NCBI GenBank assembly: GCA_002787815.1
Contig: PCUY01000075.1
Span: 11,406 to 75,405 of the forward strand
Length of the DNA: 64,000 nt
Direction: 5' to 3'
From: Bacteroidetes bacterium CG12_big_fil_rev_8_21_14_0_65_60_17
Lineage (GTDB): Bacteria > Bacteroidota > Rhodothermia > Rhodothermales > UBA10348
Shown here: in pieces, positions 37,701-48,970 of the stretch
Position numbering within the stretch: the first letter of the stretch is position 1
Layout of the letters: every line of letters begins with the position of its first letter
Notes under the pieces: model-generated
Databases searched by the model: none
Told to the model about the DNA's origin: nothing
The model's input: only the letters and a program-made list of their open reading frames with translations
Made by a program: the position numbers and the translations under genes

Positions 37701-39145
37701 CACCAACCATCACATATACCGACATCCTTGAGCGGCTGCGTGCACACGATATACTGGTGGAGGCGAACGGTGCGCCGGCAGGCCCGCTGAGCGGCCGTGT
37801 GCAGGAAGACAGTCGGCACGTGACGGAAGGCGATACGTTCGTGGCCATTACCGGTACCCGACACGACGGCCTGCAGCACGTACCGGCGGCGCAGAATCAG
37901 GGTGCCGCCGTGGTGGTCGCGCAGACTGCGCCTCCTGGTGGAACTCCCGGTCCCTGGATCCAGGTCACCGACGCCAGACGCGCTCTTGTCGAACTGGTCT
38001 CGCTGTCGTTCCACGACCCGGGCAGCCGGCTCCGCATCGCGGCGGTAACCGGCACCAACGGCAAAACCACGACCGCAACGCTCGTTGCCGGCACGCTCAA
38101 TGCGCTTGGCTACAGGGTGGGCTTCGTGGGTACGACGGGCTACCGGTTCGATGGCCAGGTGGCGGAGGCCTCCCATACGACCCCATCCTGCGTTCGCCTG
38201 CACAGTATGCTTCACACGTGGCAAGGAAGGGGGTGCACCCATGCCGCCCTCGAAGCCTCAAGCCACGCCCTGGATCAGCACCGTCTCCGACCTGCCGATG
38301 TGGACGTTGCCGTGTTCACGAACCTGACGCGCGACCACCTCGACTACCACGGCAGTGAAGAGCAGTACCTGCGTGCCAAAAAACGACTTTTCGACGGCCT
38401 CTCATCGTCCTCCTGGGCCATAGTCAACGCGGCTGACGCCGCATCGAGCCACATCACAGCCGACTGCCGGGCGCAGATTGTCCGTGTGGGCATCGATATT
38501 CCGTGGGAAATCAAGGCGTCGCGGCTGGACGGACTCGACCTCATGATAGATGGACGCGCCTGCCACACGCGACTCCCGGGGAGGTTCAACGCATTCAACA
38601 CGGTCCTGACGTACGGCGCGCTGACGGCATTCGGTGTCTCGTCGACAGATGCAATCGGCGCGCTCGAAACGGCCGATCCGGCACCCGGGCGCTTCGAGAC
38701 GCTTCGCCTGAAAGGAGACCTCACGGCCATCATAGACTACGCCCATACGCCCGATGCACTCGCCCAGATTCTCGATGCGGTACGTGACGTGACGGGCTCC
38801 GAGCGGCGTCTCTGGGTGGTATTCGGTTGTGGCGGAGACCGGGACCGGGGAAAGCGGCCACTCATGGGCCGCGTGGCCGAGGAGCGCGCCGACCGGGTGG
38901 TCGTGACGAGCGACAATCCCCGTCATGAAGATCCTGAGGCCATTCTGGATGATGTCCTCTCGGGTATGCAGCACCCGGACCGGGCGCTCCGGGAGGTCGA
39001 CCGGACAAGCGCCATTGAGGAGGCCGTCCGGCGCATGTCGGCAGGTGACGTGCTGGTGGTAGCCGGCAAGGGGCACGAAACCGTTCAGGTCGTGGGCGAT
39101 CTGTCCATTCCGCTCGACGACAGACACATCCTGGAGGGGGCCTGA
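37697..39145 (+). CDS. murE: UDP-MurNAc-dipeptide--meso-diaminopimelate ligase MurE
   Basis: VTGTNGKTT, EASSHALDQ, TNLTRDHLDYH, DYAHTPDAL, SDNPR (mDAP-type), AGKGHE. Confidence 0.95.
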   Translation: MTPTITYTDILERLRAHDILVEANGAPAGPLSGRVQEDSRHVTEGDTFVAITGTRHDGLQHVPAAQNQGAAVVVAQTAPPGGTPGPWIQVTDARRALVELVSLSFHDPGSRLRIAAVTGTNGKTTTATLVAGTLNALGYRVGFVGTTGYRFDGQVAEASHTTPSCVRLHSMLHTWQGRGCTHAALEASSHALDQHRLRPADVDVAVFTNLTRDHLDYHGSEEQYLRAKKRLFDGLSSSSWAIVNAADAASSHITADCRAQIVRVGIDIPWEIKASRLDGLDLMIDGRACHTRLPGRFNAFNTVLTYGALTAFGVSSTDAIGALETADPAPGRFETLRLKGDLTAIIDYAHTPDALAQILDAVRDVTGSERRLWVVFGCGGDRDRGKRPLMGRVAEERADRVVVTSDNPRHEDPEAILDDVLSGMQHPDRALREVDRTSAIEEAVRRMSAGDVLVVAGKGHETVQVVGDLSIPLDDRHILEGA

Positions 39146-39149
39146 TACC

Positions 39150-40307
39150 ATGTTGTATTACTTCATGCTCTGGCTGGAAAGGACGTTCGAGCCCCCGGGC
39201 TTTCAGATTGTCCAGTTCACGACCGTCCGCTCGGCACTGGCCGCCATCACGGCACTGACCATTGCGCTGTTTGCCGGACGCCGCATCATCGGCTGGCTGG
39301 AGCGGCAACAGCTTGGCGAGCGGATCCGTGAGGGGGAACTGGCGGGCGCCGTGGACCACTCCCACAAAGCCGGTACGCCCACCATGGGCGGACTCATCAT
39401 CCTGCTCGGCGTGTTGGGCTCCACGCTGCTCTGGGGTGCCATTGCCGAGGTCTACGTATGGCTGATCCTCCTGGCCACGACCTGGATGGGCGCCTTCGGT
39501 TTCGCCGACGATTATATCAAGGTGGTTCGCCGAAACAAGAGCGGGTTGTCGGCCCGCATCAAGCTGGCCGGCCAGATATCGCTGGGCCTGATTGTCGGCA
39601 GTGTGCTCTATTTCCATCCGCAGTTCAGCGACATCCGGACGCTGACTTATATGCCTTTCATGGCGAATGAGACACTGGACTACAATGTGCTGCGCCATGT
39701 GGTGACAGGCATTGACCTCGGTTGGCTCATCTACATCCCGATCGTGACCTTCATCCTGACCGCGCTCTCCAACGCCGTGAATCTGACCGATGGGCTGGAT
39801 GGCCTGGCCGCCGGGGTCACGGGTATCGTGGCCGTTGGCCTGATTGCGCTCACCTACATTGCCGGAAACGCTGTTTTCGCCGACTTCCTGAACGAAATGT
39901 TCCTGCCCGGGACGGGAGAATTGACCGTTTTTGCGTCGGCCCTGGCCGCTTCCTGCTTCGGATTCCTGTGGTACAACGGGTATCCGGCGCAGGTTTTCAT
40001 GGGAGATACCGGCGCGCTCTCGCTCGGGGCCGCCGTGGGCACGATGACACTCATGATCCGCAAGGAACTCATCCTGCCCGTTCTCTGCGCGGTGTTCTTC
40101 ATGGAAACGGTCTCGGTGATCATGCAGACGACGTACTTCAAGGCCACGCGCCGGAGAACCGGTACCGGTGTGCGCCTTTTTCGCATGGCGCCCATCCATC
40201 ATCATTTCGAGGCGTGCGGCATCCACGAAAACAAGATCGTCGTGCGCTTCTGGCTCATCACGGCCATCACCGTCATTGCTGCCCTGCTCATTCTCCGCAT
40301 ACGATGA
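39150..40307 (+). CDS. mraY: Phospho-MurNAc-pentapeptide transferase MraY
   Basis: KAGTPTMGG, GFADDY, NAVNLTDGLDGL, FMGDTG, APIHHHFE. Confidence 0.96.
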   Translation: MLYYFMLWLERTFEPPGFQIVQFTTVRSALAAITALTIALFAGRRIIGWLERQQLGERIREGELAGAVDHSHKAGTPTMGGLIILLGVLGSTLLWGAIAEVYVWLILLATTWMGAFGFADDYIKVVRRNKSGLSARIKLAGQISLGLIVGSVLYFHPQFSDIRTLTYMPFMANETLDYNVLRHVVTGIDLGWLIYIPIVTFILTALSNAVNLTDGLDGLAAGVTGIVAVGLIALTYIAGNAVFADFLNEMFLPGTGELTVFASALAASCFGFLWYNGYPAQVFMGDTGALSLGAAVGTMTLMIRKELILPVLCAVFFMETVSVIMQTTYFKATRRRTGTGVRLFRMAPIHHHFEACGIHENKIVVRFWLITAITVIAALLILRIR

Positions 40308-41722
40308 ACGGACGCGTCCCACATATCGATGCGCGCACCGATCCGGGCGCCCGGCTCCCGGGCAGGATTACCGTCCTTGGCGCGGCGCGGAGCGGTCTGG
40401 CCGCGGCAGAACTCCTGTGCGCGCGCGGTTCGGACGTGTTCGTAAGCGAATCCGGACGCCTGTCGGACGAGGCCCGGACCATGTTGGCCCGACAGGGCGT
40501 CACCTGGGAAGAAGGTGGCCACACGGCCCGCTGCCTGGATGCGGACCTGATCGTGACCAGCCCGGGCATTTTCCCCCGGATACAGATACTGAGAGATGCG
40601 GACGCGCGCGGTATGCCCGTCTGGTCGGAGTTGGAGTTGGGGTGGCGCTGTTTCAAAGGGCGCACCATGGCCATTACCGGCACGAACGGGAAGACCACCA
40701 CGACGCTCCTGATTGCGCATGTTCTGCGCTCGGCCGGGCTGAACGCCCATGCATGTGGCAATGTCGGAACACCCATCAGCCAGGTCGTGGCACGTGGTGC
40801 GGGACCGGATGCCGTTCTGGTGCTGGAAGCATCGAGTTTCCAGTTGGAGCGGGTCGAGCGGTTCCGGCCGGATGTGGCCGTGCTCCTGCCCATCACGCCC
40901 GATCATCTGGACCGCTATGGCGGCAGCATGGATGCGTATATGGATACCAAAATGAACATGATCGCGCAGCAGACCGGTGCCGATTCGGTTGTCTATCCGA
41001 CGGACGACACGCGTATATCAGACCGTATCAGGACCCATCCCGGGGCCATGCAACCGCTTGGAATAAGCATGAGCGGGAGCCTGGCGCCGGATCCGTCCAT
41101 TCCCGGCCGTGTGGCCGGTTTTTTCGACGGAGAAGAACTCCTCCTTGCCACTGACCACAACACGGAACGACTCATGAACCAACAGGACCTGGCCCTCAAG
41201 GGCCGTCACAACGTCTACAACTCGTTGGCTGCGGCGGTGGCCGCGCGTGTGCTCGAGGTTCGAAGCGACATCATTCGGGAGAGCCTGTCCACATTCTCGG
41301 GCGTTCCGCACCGGCTCGAAACCGTACGCATCCATGAGGGAGTGACGTGGGTCAATGATTCGAAGGCCACGAACGTGAATGCCGTCTGGTATGCTCTGGA
41401 CAGCTTCCGGGAGCCGATTGTGCTCATTGCGGGAGGCCGGGACAAACAAGGTGATTTTACGGCGCTACAGGACCAGGTGAAGGCGCGCGTTCGGGGTCTC
41501 GTAACGCTCGGTGAGGCCGCCCAAGCCATTGAGGAGGCGCTGGGGGCATGCGTAGCCGACTGCGTCCGGGCCGCCGACATGCCCGATGCCGTACGCCTGG
41601 CAGGTCTTCTGGCGCGACGGGGAGATGTGGTCCTGCTCAGTCCCGCCTGTGCCAGTTTTGACATGTTCACCAATTTCGAGGAGCGCGGCGATGCGTTCCG
41701 CCGCATAGTAGCGGCACTCTGA
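40304..41722 (+). CDS. murD: UDP-MurNAc-L-Ala--D-Glu ligase MurD
   Basis: LGAARSG, SPGI, ITGTNGKTTTT, LEASSFQL, DHLDRY, NDSKATN, LSPACASFD. Confidence 0.95.
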   Translation: MNGRVPHIDARTDPGARLPGRITVLGAARSGLAAAELLCARGSDVFVSESGRLSDEARTMLARQGVTWEEGGHTARCLDADLIVTSPGIFPRIQILRDADARGMPVWSELELGWRCFKGRTMAITGTNGKTTTTLLIAHVLRSAGLNAHACGNVGTPISQVVARGAGPDAVLVLEASSFQLERVERFRPDVAVLLPITPDHLDRYGGSMDAYMDTKMNMIAQQTGADSVVYPTDDTRISDRIRTHPGAMQPLGISMSGSLAPDPSIPGRVAGFFDGEELLLATDHNTERLMNQQDLALKGRHNVYNSLAAAVAARVLEVRSDIIRESLSTFSGVPHRLETVRIHEGVTWVNDSKATNVNAVWYALDSFREPIVLIAGGRDKQGDFTALQDQVKARVRGLVTLGEAAQAIEEALGACVADCVRAADMPDAVRLAGLLARRGDVVLLSPACASFDMFTNFEERGDAFRRIVAAL

Positions 41723-41747
41723 TCTACCACCCGAGAACCGACGACTG

Positions 41748-42890
41748 TTGAAGATCATCACATCCATACAACCCGACGGCAGCCAGGCAGTAGACAAACT
41801 GCTGCTCTGGTCGGTCTTTGTATTGTCGGCGATCGGTGTCGTGGCGGTGTACAGCGCCATATCGTTCCTGGCCGATACCCGGGCGAACGGCAACACGGAG
41901 CGGTTTCTCGTCCAGCATGTGCTTCGGGTCGTATTCGCACTCGGCGTGATGGGAGTGTTTTCCATCATCAATTACCACGTGCTGGCCCGATTCGCACGCC
42001 TTGTCCTGTTTCTCTCGCTCGGCCTGCTGGTTCTGGTCCAGGTCACGGGTGTCGTCACGGGGGGAGCGGCGCGCTGGCTCGATATTGGGATTATCGGGTT
42101 CCAGCCGTCGGACCTGGCCAAGGTCGCCCTGGTGCTGTACGTAGCCGTTCTGCTGACCGCCAAGCAGGGGTACATCACGTCCTTTACCCATGCCTTCCTG
42201 CCCATTTTCTTCTGGATTCTGCTGACGGTGGCACTGATAGGTATCGATGACCTGTCGACGGCGGCGTTGGTGCTGATGTCGGTACTCGTTATGTGTTTCG
42301 TGGCGCGCGTCCCCGTTGTTCACATCGTGGCTGTGGGCCTGGTAGGGGTGCTGCTCGGATATGCACTGCTGCTCACCTCGCCCGCACGTGCAGCGCGGGT
42401 CGAGGCCTATACGGGAATGAAGTTGTTTCCGCATACGGAAGAGCAGAACGTGTTCTCCTCGCAGGGAGAGCGGTACCAGGTCGAGCAGTCCAAGATGGCC
42501 GTCGCGGCCGGTGGTCTTTTCGGAGTGGGACCGGGCAAGAGCACCCAGCGGGACTTTCTGCCGGCACCATACAATGATTTCATTTTCGCCATCGTGACCG
42601 AGGAGTACGGTCTCGTCGGCGCATTCTTGCTCCTGGGGCTGTTCGTGTTGATCCTGTTCCGGGGACTCTTCCGTGTGGCCCGGCACGCACCCGATCCTCT
42701 CGGCCTGTTCCTGGCCCTGGGACTCGTGGTCATGCTCACGCTCTATGCTTTCGTGCACGTGGGCGTAAGTGTCGAAGTGTTTCCGGTAACGGGGCTGCCG
42801 TTACCGTTCGTGTCCTGGGGAGGGACGTCCATGGCGGCTGGCGGCATGATGATGGGTATCCTGCTCAACATTTCGAGGCATATCGAATGA
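41748..42890 (+). CDS. ftsW: SEDS-family peptidoglycan polymerase FtsW
   Basis: GAARW, FQPSDLAK, PAPYNDFIFAIVTEEYG, GLPLPFVSWGG; TTG start. Confidence 0.93.
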   Translation: MKIITSIQPDGSQAVDKLLLWSVFVLSAIGVVAVYSAISFLADTRANGNTERFLVQHVLRVVFALGVMGVFSIINYHVLARFARLVLFLSLGLLVLVQVTGVVTGGAARWLDIGIIGFQPSDLAKVALVLYVAVLLTAKQGYITSFTHAFLPIFFWILLTVALIGIDDLSTAALVLMSVLVMCFVARVPVVHIVAVGLVGVLLGYALLLTSPARAARVEAYTGMKLFPHTEEQNVFSSQGERYQVEQSKMAVAAGGLFGVGPGKSTQRDFLPAPYNDFIFAIVTEEYGLVGAFLLLGLFVLILFRGLFRVARHAPDPLGLFLALGLVVMLTLYAFVHVGVSVEVFPVTGLPLPFVSWGGTSMAAGGMMMGILLNISRHIE

Positions 42891-44047
42891 CCAGCGAGGT
42901 GACATATGGCCGTGATGTTCGCGTGCTCATGGCAGGTGGGGGGACTGGTGGACACATCTATCCCGCCATTGCCATAGCGGACGCCATCCGGGAACTGCGG
43001 CCCGAGGCGCGGATTGCGTTCGCCGGCAGCCGTAACCGGATGGAGTGGGAGGCGGTACCGCGCGCCGGGTATCCCATTCACGAGGTGTCCGTGCAGGGCC
43101 TGAATCGATCGTTCTCCGTGGCCAACCTGCGCCTTCCTATCGTGCTCGTGCGCGGCTTTCTGCAGGCACGGGGCCTCGTCAAGGGGACCGGGGCCCAGGT
43201 GGTCGTGGGTACGGGTGGATACGTCGCCCTTCCTGTCCTGTTTGCTGCCCGGAGTCTGGGAACGGCCATCCTCATACAGGAGCAGAATGCCTATCTGGGC
43301 CTGACCAACAGGATTGCGTCCCGGTTTGCAGACCGGGTACATGTGGCCTTTACCGAGGCCGCCGAGGCACTGCGAGGCATACCTTGCCAGGTGAGTGGCA
43401 ATCCCGTTCGTGGCGAGCTCAAAAAGGTATCTGCGTCGAGCCGCCAGGAAGCACGCGTGCGGCTCGGGCTCGCCGACATGCGGCGCGTCCTGTTCGTATT
43501 CGGCGGCTCGCTCGGGAGCACGGCGCTCAACGAGGCCATGCTGCGGGCGCTGCCCTCCCTCCTGGACGATCCCGGCCTTGGAATCGTGTGGCAAACGGGT
43601 CCGTCGCGGCACGAGGATGTCATGGCGGAGCTTGAGGCAAAAACCTGGTGGTCCGCAGGAGCGGCACCCGGTCGCAGGATCCAGGTCGCAGCCTACGTAG
43701 AGGACATGGCCACCGCCTATGCCGCCGCAGATCTCGTCGTAGCCCGCAGCGGCGCGCTTACGTGCTCTGAACTGCTTGTCACCGGCCGCCCGTCACTGCT
43801 CGTTCCATCGCCGAACGTGACGGCAGATCACCAGGAGAAGAATGCGCGCAGCATGGAGCGGCTCGGTGCATCGGAGGTGCTGCCGGAATCAGCGCTCGGC
43901 GAATCGTTTACCGGCAGCATCCTGCATGTGCTTGGCAACCAGGCGGTGCTCGATGCCATGTCGACGGCGGCCCTGTCCGCCGCCAGGCCGCGTGCCGCAG
44001 AGACCATTGCCAGGGACGTCGTATCGATGGCGGAGGGTGAGGCATGA
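42887..44047 (+). CDS. murG: MurG GlcNAc transferase
   Basis: GGGTGGHIYPA, GTGGYV, QEQNA, FGGSLG, RSGA, HQEKNA. Confidence 0.96.
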   Translation: MTSEVTYGRDVRVLMAGGGTGGHIYPAIAIADAIRELRPEARIAFAGSRNRMEWEAVPRAGYPIHEVSVQGLNRSFSVANLRLPIVLVRGFLQARGLVKGTGAQVVVGTGGYVALPVLFAARSLGTAILIQEQNAYLGLTNRIASRFADRVHVAFTEAAEALRGIPCQVSGNPVRGELKKVSASSRQEARVRLGLADMRRVLFVFGGSLGSTALNEAMLRALPSLLDDPGLGIVWQTGPSRHEDVMAELEAKTWWSAGAAPGRRIQVAAYVEDMATAYAAADLVVARSGALTCSELLVTGRPSLLVPSPNVTADHQEKNARSMERLGASEVLPESALGESFTGSILHVLGNQAVLDAMSTAALSAARPRAAETIARDVVSMAEGEA

Positions 44048-45459
44048 CGACTCCCCGCCGACAACCGACCCTTGGACGCACGCGCCACATCCACATGGTG
44101 GGAATTGGTGGCATCGGTATGAGTTCGATTGCCGAGGTCCTGCTGGCCCGTGGTTTTGCCGTGTCCGGCTCGGACCTGGAGTCGAGCGACATAACACGCT
44201 CACTCGCTGTCCACGGCGCACGTATCCACCTGGGTCATGACGCTTCGCATGCCGAAGGGGCCGATGTGGTGGTCTATTCGTCAGCCGTCGATCCGGGTAC
44301 GAATCCGGAAACACAGTACGCCCGCAGGCATCACGTACCGCTGATTGGCAGGCCGGAGATGCTCGGCGAACTCATGCGCATGAAATTCGGGGTTGGCATT
44401 GCCGGCACGCACGGAAAGACCACAACGACGACCATGACGGGGCACGTCGTGGCTGCCGGTGGCTTTGATCCGACGGTGATCGTGGGGGGCAAGGTGTCGA
44501 CCATCGGCACGAACGCCGTATCGGGCAGTGGTGACATCATTGTGATTGAAGCGGACGAATATGATCGCACGTTTCTGCGCCTGACGCCGTCCATTGCCAT
44601 TGTGACGAACGTGGACGCCGACCATCTGGACTGCTATCGGGACCTGGACGACATCCGGGACGCTTTTGTGGAGTATGTCTCGCGAATCCCGTTTTTCGGC
44701 GCAGCCATCGTGTGTATCGATGACAAAGGTGTAGAGTCCATCCTTCCGCGGCTGGATCGCCGCACGGTGACCTATGGGACGTCGCACGGAGCCGATGTCC
44801 GGGCCGAACAGGTGGCGCAGGAGGGACGGTGGATGTCGTTCAATGTGGTACACCATGGACGGTTGCTCGGGCGTGCGCGGCTGAACGCTCCGGGACTGCA
44901 CAACGTCCGCAATGGACTTGCGGCCATTGCTACGGGATTGGAGCTGGGGATTGATGTGGAGAGTATTCTGCAGGGACTGTCCACCTATGAAGGTGTGCAT
45001 CGGCGCATGCAGGAAACAGGTGAAGTGGATGGCGTACTGGTGGTGGATGACTACGCCCATCACCCGGTGGAGGTCGAGGCCACGTTGTCTGCTGCTCGGG
45101 GATGCTGGCCTCAGAGGAGACTCCTGGCCGTTTTCCAGCCCCACATGTATTCACGCACGCAGCAGTTTGCAACGGCATTCGCGCGTGCGCTCCGGAGCGC
45201 CGACGTGGTTGTGGTAACGGATGTCTACGCAGCCCGGGAAACGCCGGAGCAGGGAGCGCGTGGCGATGTCATTGCAAACGAGCTCAGAACGCTTGGTCAT
45301 CCGGACGTGGACTGGGTGCCTCGGCGCGCCGATGTCGGACAGCACGTTTCGACGCGAACGCGCGCCGGCGACGTCGTCATAACGCTCGGCGCCGGAGACA
45401 TCTGGCGAGAGAGCCGGGCACTCCTGGAAATCCTGAAGCGGGAGGGGGTGACGGCATGA
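44044..45459 (+). CDS. murC: UDP-MurNAc--L-alanine ligase MurC
   Basis: HMVGIGGIGMSSIA, AGTHGKTTTT, EADEYD, DHLD, DDYAHHP.E, FQPH.YSRT. Confidence 0.96.
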   Translation: MTTPRRQPTLGRTRHIHMVGIGGIGMSSIAEVLLARGFAVSGSDLESSDITRSLAVHGARIHLGHDASHAEGADVVVYSSAVDPGTNPETQYARRHHVPLIGRPEMLGELMRMKFGVGIAGTHGKTTTTTMTGHVVAAGGFDPTVIVGGKVSTIGTNAVSGSGDIIVIEADEYDRTFLRLTPSIAIVTNVDADHLDCYRDLDDIRDAFVEYVSRIPFFGAAIVCIDDKGVESILPRLDRRTVTYGTSHGADVRAEQVAQEGRWMSFNVVHHGRLLGRARLNAPGLHNVRNGLAAIATGLELGIDVESILQGLSTYEGVHRRMQETGEVDGVLVVDDYAHHPVEVEATLSAARGCWPQRRLLAVFQPHMYSRTQQFATAFARALRSADVVVVTDVYAARETPEQGARGDVIANELRTLGHPDVDWVPRRADVGQHVSTRTRAGDVVITLGAGDIWRESRALLEILKREGVTA

Positions 45460-46190
45460 TGAAACGTATACGATACACGCTGTCAGCGGCGACGGTCTTG
45501 CTCCTGGCGGCCGGTGCGGGGTGGGGGTACATGCAGCTCATGGAAGTTCGCCTGGCAGACGTGGAGATCCGCGGCAGCCGCTGGTCAGATGCCAGCGAGC
45601 TCGAACAGCTGCTCATGGTCGACACGACCGATTTCATGTACCATCTGGACCCGGTGCTTCTGGCCGACCGTGTCAGGCGTCACGAGTGGGTTGCCGACGC
45701 CGACGTGGCGCGCCTTCCAAGCGGTCGGCTCGTCGTGGACGTTGTGGAACGCGAACCCGTTGCGCTGATTGTCAATGCGCACGGACTGCCGGAGCATTAT
45801 GTGGACCGGAATGGCTTCCGGATGCCCATTCCGGAAGGCGCGACCTATGATGTGCCCATTGTGCGCGGTCTACGCGACGCATTCCACCCCATGTCTCCTC
45901 TCGGGCATGACGCGCTGCGCAGCCTTCTGCGCGAACTCCCGGTGCTATCTGCCGACCTGGACGAAAGTATCTCTGAAATCATCGTGGACGGTCCGGATGT
46001 GTCGCTCTGGATGGTTCCCGCCGCCGCCGGGCAGGCCATCCAGGTGTCCCTTGGACAGCATGACATGTCGCGGCGGCTCGACGTGCTGACCGCATTCATA
46101 CAGCAGGAATCGCTGCATCCACCGGGTGTGCAGGTGCGCACGGTGGACCTCCGGTTTGAAAATCAGATCGTGGTAAAGAAACGAGAATGA
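45456..46190 (+). CDS. ftsQ: Cell division protein FtsQ
   Basis: Single TM, POTRA (HEWV..A.V.R...G.LVV.VVEREP), C-terminal VDLRFENQIVV. Confidence 0.85.
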   Translation: MMKRIRYTLSAATVLLLAAGAGWGYMQLMEVRLADVEIRGSRWSDASELEQLLMVDTTDFMYHLDPVLLADRVRRHEWVADADVARLPSGRLVVDVVEREPVALIVNAHGLPEHYVDRNGFRMPIPEGATYDVPIVRGLRDAFHPMSPLGHDALRSLLRELPVLSADLDESISEIIVDGPDVSLWMVPAAAGQAIQVSLGQHDMSRRLDVLTAFIQQESLHPPGVQVRTVDLRFENQIVVKKRE

Positions 46191-46191
46191 C

Positions 46192-47454
46192 ATGAATGAC
46201 AATATTGTTATCGGATTGGACATAGGTACGACCAAGGTCTGTGCTGTGGCCGCGACGGCGGATGAACTGGACCGCGTCAATATCCTCGGCGTGGGTGTGG
46301 CGCCGTCGGATGGTCTCAACCGGGGAGTTGTGGTCAATATCGACAAGACGGTCGCGTCCGTGCGGGAGGCAGTGGAGGAGGCGGCCCGTATGGCGGGAGT
46401 GAGTGTCCGCAACGTGATCGTAGGCATTGCAGGTGATCATGTGCAGAGTTTCCAGTCCCGGGGCGTGATCACGATATCCAATCGGGACGGAGAAATCACG
46501 GAAGCCGACGTGCAGCGCCTGCTGGAGGACACCACGCACGTGGCCATGCCGGCCGATCGGGAAATACTTCACGTCATTCCCCAGGAATTCATTGTGGATG
46601 GGCAGGATGGTGTGGTCGATCCGGTGGGGATGAGCGGCGTGCGGCTTGAGGCGAATGTGCACATCATTACGGGACTTGTGTCGGCGGCCAAGAACATTTA
46701 CCGCTGCATAGAGAAGGCAGGCTACCACGTGTCGGATATCGTACTCGAGCCCCTCGGCTCGTCGTTCGCCGTTCTGCATCCGGACGAGAAGGAGGTGGGA
46801 GTAGCCCTCATTGATATCGGCGGCGGCACGACCGATATCGCGGTCTTCGAAGACAACACCATCCGCCATACGGCCGTGGTGGCCGTCGCCGGAAACAAGG
46901 TGACCGACGACGTACGCAAGGGTCTCGGGGTCATGCGTGACCAGGCCGAGGCCCTCAAGTGCGAGTTCGGGGTAGCCAACCTGGAAATGGTGGAGGATGA
47001 GGAAATCGCCATCCCGGGTGTGGGCGGGAGGACGGAAAAACACATTGGACGCCACAGTCTGGCGCAGATAATACAGCCGCGACTCGAGGAAATCCTTGAG
47101 ATTGCCGCCATTGAAATCAAGCGGAGCGGCTATGGACGGCACCTTTCGGCAGGTGTTGTTCTTACGGGCGGCGGAGCACTCATTCCAGGAACGGATGAAC
47201 TCGCTGCCGAAGTGATGGGACTGGACGCCCGGATTGGACGGCCCATGGGGCTGTCTGCCGGTCTTGTCCAGGAAGTCAGTGATCCCAAATTTGCCACGAG
47301 TGTCGGGCTCGTCCTCTACGGACTGCGCCCGGAAGTGATCGGGAAGACCCCTTTCCGCACGGACTCGCTGGCACCGGGAACAGGCACGTCGGACGGTCGG
47401 GGTTTGACGAGCCGGATCACGAAAATCATGAAGGACTGGTTCAATGAACTGTAG
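46192..47454 (+). CDS. ftsA: Cell division protein FtsA
   Basis: [27 protein letters not shown]. Confidence 0.96.
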   Translation: MNDNIVIGLDIGTTKVCAVAATADELDRVNILGVGVAPSDGLNRGVVVNIDKTVASVREAVEEAARMAGVSVRNVIVGIAGDHVQSFQSRGVITISNRDGEITEADVQRLLEDTTHVAMPADREILHVIPQEFIVDGQDGVVDPVGMSGVRLEANVHIITGLVSAAKNIYRCIEKAGYHVSDIVLEPLGSSFAVLHPDEKEVGVALIDIGGGTTDIAVFEDNTIRHTAVVAVAGNKVTDDVRKGLGVMRDQAEALKCEFGVANLEMVEDEEIAIPGVGGRTEKHIGRHSLAQIIQPRLEEILEIAAIEIKRSGYGRHLSAGVVLTGGGALIPGTDELAAEVMGLDARIGRPMGLSAGLVQEVSDPKFATSVGLVLYGLRPEVIGKTPFRTDSLAPGTGTSDGRGLTSRITKIMKDWFNEL

Positions 47455-47534
47455 TCCCTCATACCGACACACCGGAACTGCTCTTTCCGGACAGCACGCA
47501 ATCAACAGCCACTTGTGAAGAACGGAGGTTCATA

Positions 47535-48794
47535 ATGGACTCAACATTCAGCACCCATTTTGCATTTGACGATGCACAGAATGAGGAAGCGAAAATATGC
47601 GTTATCGGCGTCGGAGGCGGCGGCGGAAACGCGGTAAACAACATGATCAACGAAGGTATCCAGGGGGTGGATTTCTATGCCATCAACACGGATGCCCAGG
47701 CTCTGGAAGCCAACCTGGCGCCATTCAAAGTCCAGGCGGGGCGCGGGCTCACCAAAGGTCTGGGGGCCGGTGCGCGCCCCGGGGTGGGTGCCGAAGCCAT
47801 AGAAGAGAGCCGGGCCGATATAGAGGATGCCCTGCGTGGATTCGACATGGTCTTCATCACCGCCGGGATGGGAGGCGGGACCGGTACCGGGGGTGCGCCC
47901 ATTGTCGCTGCCATCGCGAAGGAGATGGGCATTCTGTCGGTGGCCATCGTGACAAAGCCGTTCGAGTGCGAGGGGCCGAAGCGTCTGCGTTCGGCCGAAG
48001 CAGGAATTGACCTGCTCAAACAGCACGTGGATACACTGATCGTGATTCCGAACGAGCGACTCCTGGATATAGCCGAGGCCGGTACAACCCTGGTCGAGGC
48101 CTTCTCGAAAGCCGACGAGGTGCTCTACAATGCCACACGGGGCATTTCGGATCTGATCACCGTGCATGGACTGATCAACCTCGACTTTGCCGACGTGAAA
48201 ACGACCATGCGCAACGGTGGCACGGCGCTCATGGGAGCCAGTTCGGCAACGGGGGAGGACCGGGCGGAACGCGCGGCGCGCGAGGCGCTCTCGAGCCCGC
48301 TGCTCGATGGTCTTTCCATTGAGGGGGCACGCAATGTTCTGGTCAACATCACGGCCGGCCGCTCGCTCGGCATACGCGAGGCCACGGCGGCTACTCAGAT
48401 CATCCAGTCCGCTGCAGGCGATGACGTCGAGGTCATTTTCGGAACGGTCATTGACGATTCGATGGATGATGAGCTCCGCATTACCGTCATAGCCACGGGC
48501 TTCGAAAAGCAGGGTGCGCAACAGACGCGCCGTCGGCCCATGATACTCGGCCGCGATACGCCCAACGGGACGGTAGCAGAATACAAAGGTGAGAAAGCCC
48601 TCAGGAAACTGGATGAGCCGGCCTTCAAACGTCGCACGGACAAGGGCATCCATGTGGATGGCGAACCGGAGGGAGACGGCGAGTCGTCCGCAGGACGCGT
48701 CCGGCACCTCACGCCCACGGACCTGGAAAAATCGGCACGCATCCGGAAGGGAGACTCGGATGTGCCCGCATTCCTTCGCAAGATGATGGATTGA
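47535..48794 (+). CDS. ftsZ: Cell division protein FtsZ
   Basis: [20 protein letters not shown] tubulin signature, INLDFADV, C-terminal VPAFLRK; SD ggagg upstream. Confidence 0.98.
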   Translation: MDSTFSTHFAFDDAQNEEAKICVIGVGGGGGNAVNNMINEGIQGVDFYAINTDAQALEANLAPFKVQAGRGLTKGLGAGARPGVGAEAIEESRADIEDALRGFDMVFITAGMGGGTGTGGAPIVAAIAKEMGILSVAIVTKPFECEGPKRLRSAEAGIDLLKQHVDTLIVIPNERLLDIAEAGTTLVEAFSKADEVLYNATRGISDLITVHGLINLDFADVKTTMRNGGTALMGASSATGEDRAERAAREALSSPLLDGLSIEGARNVLVNITAGRSLGIREATAATQIIQSAAGDDVEVIFGTVIDDSMDDELRITVIATGFEKQGAQQTRRRPMILGRDTPNGTVAEYKGEKALRKLDEPAFKRRTDKGIHVDGEPEGDGESSAGRVRHLTPTDLEKSARIRKGDSDVPAFLRKMMD

Positions 48795-48829
48795 ACAGGG
48801 TACCGTGTACGTTGCGTTGCCATGACATT

Positions 48830-48932
48830 CGAGCCACGAGGCGGACAGGTTGTTCGCAGATTGACCCCTGAGCAAGGTCGATCCTGATCCAGCTGTGCAC
48901 TGGCTGTTTGCCAGACTGGATGATGTGGTTCG
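48830..48932 (+). ncRNA. Candidate structured RNA (three-way junction) downstream of ftsZ
   Basis: P1 cgagccac/gtggttcg, P2 gattgacc/ggtcgatc, P3 atccag/ctggat with inner ctggc/gccag; two G-U pairs form only on the + strand; not assignable to a family by eye. Confidence 0.3.
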
Positions 48933-48937
48933 GTAGG

Positions 48938-48970
48938 GAGCGCCGCACCCCCTTGTGGGGTGCGGCGCTC
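48938..48970 (+). terminator. Perfect 14-bp GC-rich hairpin, possible dcw operon terminator or RNA 3' end
   Basis: gagcgccgcacccc-cttgt-ggggtgcggcgctc followed by gtatattt (weak U-tract). Confidence 0.5.

Noticed and set aside
48868-48940. TPP-riboswitch-like words (ctgag, cctgatccag...ctggc, gtaggga)
   Set aside because: The GGGGUGC and ACCC segments are missing in the required order, 28 nt interrupt the P5-to-AGGGA junction, and the downstream gene is not thiamine-related; kept only as an unassigned structured-RNA candidate.
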